Part shown: in pieces, positions 17,387 to 24,000 of the stretch
Layout: each line of letters begins with the position of its first letter
Position numbering within the stretch: position 1 is the first letter of the stretch
Source of the DNA: Martelella mangrovi
Lineage (GTDB): Bacteria; Pseudomonadota; Alphaproteobacteria; Rhizobiales; Rhizobiaceae
Assembly (NCBI RefSeq): GCF_040545495.1
Contig: NZ_JBEPLY010000010.1
Location: 79,982-103,981, forward strand
Direction: 5' to 3'
DNA length: 24,000 nucleotides
The notes under the pieces: model-generated
Told to the model about the DNA's origin: nothing
The model's database searches: none
The model's input: only the letters and a program-made list of their open reading frames with translations
Position numbers and translations under genes: made by a program

Positions 17387-18381
17387 AACTCGCCATCCTC
17401 GGATCGGGCATGATCGTCAGGGATTTCCTGTCGATCGCCGACGAAATCCCGGGCCTCGTCCTTGCCGCGATTTTCGGGCAGGAGAGCACCCGCCCCGAGC
17501 TGGAACGGCTTCAGGCGGAACACGGGATCGGCAAGGTCTATGTCGATTATGACGCATGTCTGGCCGACCCGGATATCGATACGGTCTATGTCGGCCTGCC
17601 CAACGGTCTGCATTTCGAGTTCGCCCGGCGCGCCCTTGAGGCCGGCAAGCATGTGATCTGCGAAAAGCCGTTCACGCTGGACCTCGATGAACTCCGGCAA
17701 TTGCGCAGGATCGCGGAAGAAAACAACCTCATTCTGGTCGAAGCGATCACCACGCTATATCTCGCCAATTACGCGGCGATCAGGGAGTGTGTTCCCGCCC
17801 TTGGCAGGATCAGGCTGATTCAGTGCGAATATTCTCAGTTTTCCTCGCGCTATCCCGCGTTTCAGGCGGGCGAGGTGCTGCCCGCATTCGACCCGGCCAG
17901 GGGCGGCGGCGCGCTGATGGATATCGGCATCTATACGCTTCATTTCGTCGCCGGCCTGTTTGGTCGTCCGAAATCGATCACCTATACCGCCAATGTCGAA
18001 CGCGGTGTGGATACGTCCGGCATCGCCGTGCTTGCCTATGACGATTTCAGCGCCGTATGCATCTGCGCCAAGGATTCCGGCGGTCCGATCCGCACCAAGA
18101 TCCAGGGCGAAGACGGCGCCATCGTGATGACAGGCACGCCGAATTCGGCCCGTGGCGGCTTTACCCTGGCGCTGCGCGGCGAAGATCCGGAAACGATCGA
18201 TGCGCAGGCGCATCCGCATCGCATGATCGGCGAATTCCGGGCTTTCGCGGCGATGATCCGCGACCGCGACCTTGCCGCACGCGACCGTTCACTCGATCAC
18301 TCCGAACTGGTTCTCGAACTTGCGGGCACGGCGCTGAAGGATGCCGGCATCCGGCTTGGCTCGGCTCCGGCGGGAGCGTGA
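17383..18381 (+). CDS. Gfo/Idh/MocA-family oxidoreductase
   Basis: KLAILGSGMIVRDF, VYVGLPNGLH, VICEKPF. The start overlaps the previous stop (ATGA), suggesting translational coupling. Confidence 0.85.
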   Translation: MKLAILGSGMIVRDFLSIADEIPGLVLAAIFGQESTRPELERLQAEHGIGKVYVDYDACLADPDIDTVYVGLPNGLHFEFARRALEAGKHVICEKPFTLDLDELRQLRRIAEENNLILVEAITTLYLANYAAIRECVPALGRIRLIQCEYSQFSSRYPAFQAGEVLPAFDPARGGGALMDIGIYTLHFVAGLFGRPKSITYTANVERGVDTSGIAVLAYDDFSAVCICAKDSGGPIRTKIQGEDGAIVMTGTPNSARGGFTLALRGEDPETIDAQAHPHRMIGEFRAFAAMIRDRDLAARDRSLDHSELVLELAGTALKDAGIRLGSAPAGA

Positions 18382-18382
18382 C

Positions 18383-19396
18383 ATGGAGACAATCGGAATA
18401 GGCCTCATCGGCGCCGGCACCATGGCGGAATTCTTCGCCCGCACCATCGGCGAAACGGACGGTGTGTCGATACGCGCTGTCTGCCCGGCAGGTGACGAGG
18501 ATGCGGCTGCTTTCGCAACCCGCTTCGACGTGCCTGCCGTTTACGATGACTATGAAGCATTGGGCGCCGATAAAAGCATCGATGCCGTCTATGTCGTCAG
18601 CCTCAATACGCAGCACGCCGAACACACAATTGCGATGCTGCGGGCGGGCAAGCATGTGCTTGTCGAAAAGCCCCTGGCCGCCAATGCCCGTCAGGCTACC
18701 GCCATGGTGGAAGCGGCGCGTGCGGCGGACCGGCTCTTGCTGGAGCTTTATCCAGCCCCGTTCGAGCCCAATATCGCCGCCCTGCGCGCGGCCCTGCCGC
18801 GTATCGGCCAGCTGCGCCGCGCGGTGCTGGTGAAAAACCAGTATTCCTCGGCCTATGATGCCTTCAAGGCGGGCAAACGTCCCGCCGCATTCGATCCGGC
18901 ATTCGGCGGCGGTTCGATTCTTGACCTCGGCTTTTATCCGGTATCGCTGGCGGTTCATCTGTTCGGCGCGCCACAAAGCGTCATCGCGCGCGGGCTGATG
19001 CTGTCTTCCGGCGTCGATGGCCAGGGTTCGATCATCCTCGGCTATGACGGTTTCGAGGTCGATTGCCTGCATTCGAAGATCGCGGGCTCGGCCCTCGTCT
19101 CGGAACTGGCAGGCGAAAGCGAGGCGCTCACACTCGACGACATCGCCACGCCGCGCCGTATCGATTTTCTGAAACGCGGCGCATCCCGACGTATGGAGCC
19201 GGTCGAGGATCTGACGCGCGAACGCGCGGGGAACCATTTGGCTTACGGGATCGATGCGTTTATCACACTTCTGCGCGCTGGCGCGCATGAGTCGGAGGTG
19301 CATCCCTTGGAAAATACCGTCATCACCCATAAAATTCTGGATGAAGCCCGCCGTCAGGTCGGCGTCCGTTTCCCGTCCGACGAGGCAGCGGGATGA
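18383..19396 (+). CDS. Gfo/Idh/MocA-family oxidoreductase
   Basis: IGIGLIGAGTMAEFF, VYVVSLNTQH, VLVEKPLA. The ATG lies 1 nt after the previous stop, with GGGAG upstream. Confidence 0.85.
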   Translation: METIGIGLIGAGTMAEFFARTIGETDGVSIRAVCPAGDEDAAAFATRFDVPAVYDDYEALGADKSIDAVYVVSLNTQHAEHTIAMLRAGKHVLVEKPLAANARQATAMVEAARAADRLLLELYPAPFEPNIAALRAALPRIGQLRRAVLVKNQYSSAYDAFKAGKRPAAFDPAFGGGSILDLGFYPVSLAVHLFGAPQSVIARGLMLSSGVDGQGSIILGYDGFEVDCLHSKIAGSALVSELAGESEALTLDDIATPRRIDFLKRGASRRMEPVEDLTRERAGNHLAYGIDAFITLLRAGAHESEVHPLENTVITHKILDEARRQVGVRFPSDEAAG

Positions 19397-20205
19397 TCAT
19401 CTTTCTCGACGTTGACGGAACCTATGCCGATCACGGCATCGTGCCCGAAGCCAATGCGGCGGCGGTGCGCGCGGCGCGCAGCCGCGGCCACCGCGTGCTT
19501 TTGTGCACGGGCCGCCCCGCCTGCATGCTGCCGCCGTCGATCTCCGGCGCCGGCTTCGATGGCGTTGTCGCCAGCGCCGGCGCCTATGTGGAAGTCGGCG
19601 GGAAGGTTCTGCGCGACCGGCGTTTCCCGCAGGATCTGGCGGAAAAGGCCGTTTGCGTGCTCGATACGCACAAGGTTGCCTATCTTCTCGAAGCGCCGGA
19701 AAATCTCAGCGGGCCTGCGGATATCGCCGAACGGCTGGCGACCGTCTTCGGCCGGCTGAAGGACCGTTCCGGCGCACCGCGTTCCACGCCGGCCGTGCTG
19801 GGAGAGGTGCTGACCGAACCGCACGCCCTGACAACGCCGTTCAGCAAGATCACGGTTTTCGAATCCTCCGTTCCCGTTCCGCGGCTTGGCGAAATGATTG
19901 GAGCGGCAGTCGCGACATTGCCGAGTTCCATGCCGGATATGGGGTCGTCGGCCGGCGAGATTTTTCTCGCCGACGAGCACAAGGAACGGGGCGCGCGTCT
20001 CGCCGCCGACGCATTCGGCGCCGAAGTGCAGGACATCGTTGCCGTCGGAGACGGTTACAACGACCTTGAAATGCTGTCATGGGCCGGAACCGGTGTCGCA
20101 ATCGAAGGCGCGCCGCCCGCCGTCCTGGCCGTTGCCGACATGACCGCGCCGGGCCCGCAACATGGCGGTCTGGCGCCGCTTTTTGCCCGGCTTGGCCTGA
20201 CGTAA
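19393..20205 (+). CDS. Cof-type HAD-IIB family hydrolase (probable sugar-phosphate phosphatase)
   Basis: Motif I FLDVDGT, motif II CTGR, motif IV GDGYNDLEML. ATGA overlap with the upstream gene. Confidence 0.85.
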   Translation: MIIFLDVDGTYADHGIVPEANAAAVRAARSRGHRVLLCTGRPACMLPPSISGAGFDGVVASAGAYVEVGGKVLRDRRFPQDLAEKAVCVLDTHKVAYLLEAPENLSGPADIAERLATVFGRLKDRSGAPRSTPAVLGEVLTEPHALTTPFSKITVFESSVPVPRLGEMIGAAVATLPSSMPDMGSSAGEIFLADEHKERGARLAADAFGAEVQDIVAVGDGYNDLEMLSWAGTGVAIEGAPPAVLAVADMTAPGPQHGGLAPLFARLGLT

Positions 20206-20242
20206 ACGGTATCGGGAAACGCGTAATCGGGAGACGGCGGAC

Positions 20243-21241
20243 ATGACGGCAAAAACACGATGGGCCATCCTTGGCACCGGCGCAATCTGCCGCGATTTCA
20301 CCGCGGCTCTGGCCGTTTCCGAATTCGGCATGCTGCATGCCATCGGCAGTTCCGATCCGTCGCGGGCCGCCCGGTTTGCGGAAACACACGGCGCAGCGCA
20401 TAGCGGCACTTACGCCGATATTCTCGCCCGTGATGACGTTGACGCGGTCTATGTGGGCACGGTTCACACGACCCATGTCGAACTGACGCTGGCGGCCCTT
20501 CGCGCCGGCAAGGCCGTGCTCTGCGAAAAGCCGATGGCGCTCTCGGCTGCCGAAACGCAGAGGGTCATCGAAGCCGCCCGCAAAGCCGGTCTGCCCTTCG
20601 TCGAAGCCTATAAATTCCGTTTCGGCCCATTTTTCAAAACACTGACCGCGCTGCTGGCCGAAGGCGAAATCGGCGACGTCTGCGCGCTCGATGCGTCTTT
20701 CGGTTTCAGGGCGGGCAGCCGGACGGGCCGGCTTTTCGACCCGGCGCTTGCCGGAGGGGCATTATACGATGTCGGCGGCTATCCGCTGGCCTTTGCAACC
20801 GGCATGGCTTCGGCCGTGGGCATTGCGCTTGAAACCGCGACGGTGGACAGCGCCGGCGCGCGCATGACCCACGGCGTTGACGGCACCATTCATGCCCGGC
20901 TGCGCACCGGGGATTTTACCGCCGCGGTGCATGCTTCAATCATCACGCCGCGCACCCGCACCGTGCGCATTCGCGGCTCGAAAGGCACAATCGTTCTGCC
21001 GAACGGCTGGGGCAGCAGAGCGGCAAGCGCTTCCGTCATCCAGCTTCGTCGTCATGGCCGCCTGCAGCGCTCCATCGAAACCCCGACCGTCAACCCGATG
21101 GCCGGCGAGGCCGACAGCCTGTCCCACGCGCTGGCCGAAGGGCGGTGTGAGACCCCGGAAATGCCCTGGTCGGATTCGCTCGTGACCAACACGCTTCTGG
21201 AACGCTGGGGCGATCATGCGCTCGGCCGGCGCGAGGGATGA
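20243..21241 (+). CDS. Gfo/Idh/MocA-family oxidoreductase
   Basis: RWAILGTGAICRDF, VYVGTVHTTH, VLCEKPMA. RBS GGGAGACGG. Confidence 0.85.
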   Translation: MTAKTRWAILGTGAICRDFTAALAVSEFGMLHAIGSSDPSRAARFAETHGAAHSGTYADILARDDVDAVYVGTVHTTHVELTLAALRAGKAVLCEKPMALSAAETQRVIEAARKAGLPFVEAYKFRFGPFFKTLTALLAEGEIGDVCALDASFGFRAGSRTGRLFDPALAGGALYDVGGYPLAFATGMASAVGIALETATVDSAGARMTHGVDGTIHARLRTGDFTAAVHASIITPRTRTVRIRGSKGTIVLPNGWGSRAASASVIQLRRHGRLQRSIETPTVNPMAGEADSLSHALAEGRCETPEMPWSDSLVTNTLLERWGDHALGRREG

Positions 21242-21295
21242 GGGCTCAGCAGCGGACGCCTGCCTGATCTGCAAGGTCGTGGAAAACCGGAAAGA

Positions 21296-22039
21296 TTACA
21301 GTTCCACCCGAAACCTGTAGCGGTCTGCCCGGTAGGTGATCACGGCGAATTCGATCGGTAGCCCGTTTTCCGAACGGGCGATACGGCGTGCGATCAGGAC
21401 AGGATCACCGCCGGAAAGTCCCAGCGTGCCGGCCAGTTCGCCACCGGCAAGGCTTGCCTCGATGAACTCGACGCCGCCGGCGATCTCGATCCCGCATTCC
21501 TGTGCAATCCAGTCATAGAGCGAACCTTGCGCGAGGAAGGCCGCGTCCGGCGGTTCAATGTCCGAAAAGATGTCGGGACGGATGAACGACAGCGAGTGGC
21601 CGATCAGCCGGCCATTGCCTTTCAGAAGGCGTTCGACGTGATAGGGCCGGTCGCTTGTCGCCAACTCCAGCCCGTGCGCGGCTTCCGGTGTGGCGGCGGT
21701 CATGCCGCAGCGGAGAACCTCGTAAGACGGCGTCATCCCGCGGCTGCGCATATCCTCGGCAAAACTGCGGATCTGATGAAGAGGCTGGTCGAGCCGCCGG
21801 TCGGAAACGATGGTGCCGAGACCGGGGTGACGCGAGACAAGCCCATCCTGAACAAGCTTCTGCATGGCCGCGCGGGTGGTTGTCCGGCTGACGCCGAAGG
21901 TCTTGTTGATCTCCGCCTCTGTCGGGATGCTCTGGCCAGCCTTGAATTCACCGCCTTCAATGGCTTCGCGCAATATCTCCGCAATCTGCTGCCATCGTGA
22001 TGCGCCATTGGCCGTGATTTCGCGCTCAGTCCATTTCAT
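21296..22039 (-). CDS. GntR-family transcriptional regulator, HutC subfamily (wHTH plus UTRA effector domain)
   Basis: IPTEAEINKTFGVSRTTTRAAMQKLVQDGLVSRHPGLGTIV is the GntR wHTH. The ~150-aa C-terminal part has the size and pattern of a UTRA domain. Divergent from the kinase gene. Confidence 0.9.
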   Translation of the reverse strand: MKWTEREITANGASRWQQIAEILREAIEGGEFKAGQSIPTEAEINKTFGVSRTTTRAAMQKLVQDGLVSRHPGLGTIVSDRRLDQPLHQIRSFAEDMRSRGMTPSYEVLRCGMTAATPEAAHGLELATSDRPYHVERLLKGNGRLIGHSLSFIRPDIFSDIEPPDAAFLAQGSLYDWIAQECGIEIAGGVEFIEASLAGGELAGTLGLSGGDPVLIARRIARSENGLPIEFAVITYRADRYRFRVEL

Positions 22040-22221
22040 AAGGCACCATTTGTATCATTTCCTCATTACATTCGCAGTTTTTGCACGGCATCGCAACAGC
22101 AACATATGAACGGAAAACAGCTGGAAACGATGGTTTGTCGCCTTGATTTCCGTCATTTCGATGGAATTTTGCACATATTTTGTACCAAGATAATTTTTGT
22201 CCAAAAAATAATCTAAAACTG

Positions 22222-22263
22222 TTGACGGAAAATGTCATTACATTGATAGTAATCATCATTACA
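22222..22263 (+). promoter_or_regulatory. Candidate kinase-operon promoter overlapped by ATTAC/GTAAT half-site repeats (putative GntR operator)
   Basis: TTGACG (22222-22227)-N17-GATAGT (22245-22250). Overlapping it is ATTAC-N7-GTAAT-N4-ATTAC (22237-22262), which includes the GT-N10-AC palindrome GTAATcatcATTAC. The 10-mer TCATTACATT (22235-22244) recurs at 22063-22072 near the gntR start. Confidence 0.35.
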
Positions 22264-22276
22264 AATGAGGTGTTCA

Positions 22277-23170
22277 ATGAGTGGCATTGTCTTCGTCGGC
22301 GACATCAGCTGGGATGAGACCTTTCGGGTTTCCCACTTCCCGCTGCCGGATGAAAAAGTGATCGCGGACGGTGTCACCGACGGTTTTGGCGGTGTGGCCG
22401 CAAACAGTGCCGTTGCCGCTGCACGCGCGGGAGCTGGCGTCGTCTTCATGGGGCGGACGGGGACCGATGCGATATCCTTGCGGTTCGAAGAACACATGCG
22501 GGAGAATGGCATCCGCCCCGTGCTGGCGCGCCGTGAGGGCATGCTGTGCCGCGTTGTCTCGATCATCGAACCGCATGGCGAAAAGCGGCTTGCCCTTTAC
22601 CCCGGCGTTTCGATCTATCCGGCGCCGGACGACCTGGAATTGCTCGATTTTGTCGGTGTTTCCCATCTTCATACCGCCATTTACGGGTCGGCCGGCCGGC
22701 CGCTGATCGAGATGGCGCGCAAGGCGGGCATCGGCTGGTCGCTCGATCTCGAACCGGCGACCTTTCCCGACGGTATCCGGCAACTGGCCTATGCCATTGA
22801 CGGCGCAGCCGTTCTATTCGTCAACGACCGGGCCGCATCCCTGATCGGCGACGATCCGGTTCTACGCCTGCTGGCGATGGGCGCCCAGGCCGTCATCCGC
22901 ACGCGCGGCAGCGAGGGCGCCGAATATCACGCGGCAGACACCAGCATTTCCATTTCCGCGCCGCAAGGGATGCCGGTGCGCGACACGACAGGGGCGGGCG
23001 ATTGCCTGGCGGGGTGGTTTCTTGCCGGCCGCGCGCGCGGCCTTTCCCCGGCTGCAGCACTGGAAGACGCGGTTTTCGCGGCAACCATGTCATGCAGCGG
23101 CGAGGGCGCGCAGACCGCTTACCCGTCTCTCGAAGAATTCAATGAAAAAAAGGAAAAAAGGGCAAAATGA
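22277..23170 (+). CDS. PfkB-family carbohydrate kinase (ribokinase-like)
   Basis: GGVAANSAVAAARAG and the PfkB signature-2 DTTGAGDCLAGWF. ATG at 22277 is preferred over 22265 because GAGGTG lies 4 nt upstream. Confidence 0.85.
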   Translation: MSGIVFVGDISWDETFRVSHFPLPDEKVIADGVTDGFGGVAANSAVAAARAGAGVVFMGRTGTDAISLRFEEHMRENGIRPVLARREGMLCRVVSIIEPHGEKRLALYPGVSIYPAPDDLELLDFVGVSHLHTAIYGSAGRPLIEMARKAGIGWSLDLEPATFPDGIRQLAYAIDGAAVLFVNDRAASLIGDDPVLRLLAMGAQAVIRTRGSEGAEYHAADTSISISAPQGMPVRDTTGAGDCLAGWFLAGRARGLSPAAALEDAVFAATMSCSGEGAQTAYPSLEEFNEKKEKRAK

Positions 23171-24000
23171 CAGCTCCCGTAGTAATGCCGCCGAAGGAAA
23201 ATACGCTTGAGCGGTTGTTTGGCGTCAGCAAACCGATCATCGGCGTTATCCATCTGGCAGCGCTTCCCGGCGCGCCGCGTTACGAAGGCATGCCGGTGCG
23301 CGAAATCTATGCCGCGGCCGTGCGCGATGCCAAAACGCTTGCCGAAGGCGGTGTCGACGGCATCATGATCGAAAACGCCGGCGACATGCCGTTCGCCCGC
23401 CCGGAGGATATCGGTTTTGAGACGGTCTCCTGCCTGACGGCGGCCTGCGAGGCCGTCCGGGCGGCCGTCGATACGCCGATCGGGCTGACTTGCGTTGCCA
23501 ATGGCGCGATCCCCGGCCTTGCCGTCGCCAAGGCAGTGGAGGCCAAATGGGTGCGCGTCAACCAATGGGCCAATGCCTATGTCGCCAATGAGGGCTTTCT
23601 CAACGGCGCCGCCTCGGCAGCGCTGCGCTACCGCGCCAATATCGGCGCCAAGGATGTCGCGATCCTCGCCGATGTTCATGTGAAATTCGGCGCGCATGCC
23701 ATCACCGCCGACCGGACGATCACCGAACAGGCAACCGATGCCGAATGGTTCGATGCCGATGTGCTGATCGCCACCGGCCAGCGGACCGGCTCACCGACCC
23801 AGCCGGACGAAGTCGAGCAGGTTCGCGCCGGCACTCATCTTCCGGTCATCGTCGGCTCCGGCCTCTCGCCCGAACAGGTGCCCTCGCTGATGTCGGTTGC
23901 CGATGGCGCCATCGTCGGCCAGTGGCTGAAGAAGGACGGTGTGTGGTGGAACCCGGTCGATCCGGACCGTGTCGAACGGCTGATGACGGCCGTTTTGAAG
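23167..24000 (+). CDS. BtpA/SgcQ-family TIM-barrel protein, 3' end runs off the window
   Basis: Absent from the ORF track because it has no stop in the window. My translation from ATG 23167 (ATGA overlap with the kinase stop) is open for 278 codons: MTAPVVMPPKENTLERLFGVSKPIIGVIHLAALPGAPRYEG...GVDGIMIENAGDMPF...VIVGSGLSPEQV, matching the BtpA-family pattern. Confidence 0.75.
   Translation, partial: MTAPVVMPPKENTLERLFGVSKPIIGVIHLAALPGAPRYEGMPVREIYAAAVRDAKTLAEGGVDGIMIENAGDMPFARPEDIGFETVSCLTAACEAVRAAVDTPIGLTCVANGAIPGLAVAKAVEAKWVRVNQWANAYVANEGFLNGAASAALRYRANIGAKDVAILADVHVKFGAHAITADRTITEQATDAEWFDADVLIATGQRTGSPTQPDEVEQVRAGTHLPVIVGSGLSPEQVPSLMSVADGAIVGQWLKKDGVWWNPVDPDRVERLMTAVLK

Noticed and set aside
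16451-19980. Minus-strand ORFs 16451-17215, 17755-18219, 18161-19330 (389 aa) and 19354-19980
   Set aside because: They are antisense to the oxidoreductase and HAD genes, which all carry clear Rossmann/EKP or HAD motifs in the plus frame.
22026-22277. 83-aa minus-strand ORF in the gntR-kinase spacer
   Set aside because: It lies in the AT-rich divergent promoter region and overlaps the gntR start. The peptide is hydrophobic and low-complexity with no RBS, and the ORF most likely reflects AT-rich composition.

Overview
GC-rich, gene-dense accessory catabolic region. By gene content, SD-type ribosome-binding sites and stacked intergenic palindromes it looks like an alphaproteobacterium of Rhizobiales type; that assignment is inference. 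I found 18 CDS and no rRNA, tRNA, CRISPR, transposase or integrase. Left to right: (1) the 3' end of an RbsB-like sugar ABC substrate-binding protein; (2) a minus-strand acetone carboxylase cluster, acxR-acxA-acxB-acxC, whose subunit sizes (717/769/167 aa) match the Xanthobacter paradigm; (3) a complete beta-glucoside-type sugar PTS split into two divergent operons. The minus operon runs RAT/terminator leader, LicT/BglG antiterminator, stand-alone EIIB, HPr-Enzyme I fusion. The plus operon runs leader terminator, EIIBCA permease, GH1 6-phospho-beta-glucosidase, and then probably three Gfo/Idh/MocA oxidoreductases, a Cof-type HAD phosphatase and a fourth oxidoreductase; (4) a HutC-type GntR regulator divergent from a PfkB kinase and a BtpA/SgcQ-family gene that runs off the window. 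Most notable points: the AcxR activator has lost the GAFTGA loop and the Walker B acidic pair, and no -24/-12 promoter precedes acxA. Instead, a 17-bp palindrome plus a conserved box recurs upstream of acxA and acxR, with a looser third copy downstream of acxC. The general PTS proteins (HPr-EI) sit behind a textbook RAT/terminator together with the antiterminator gene itself. The many long antisense ORFs in the track are high-GC shadow ORFs and were rejected.
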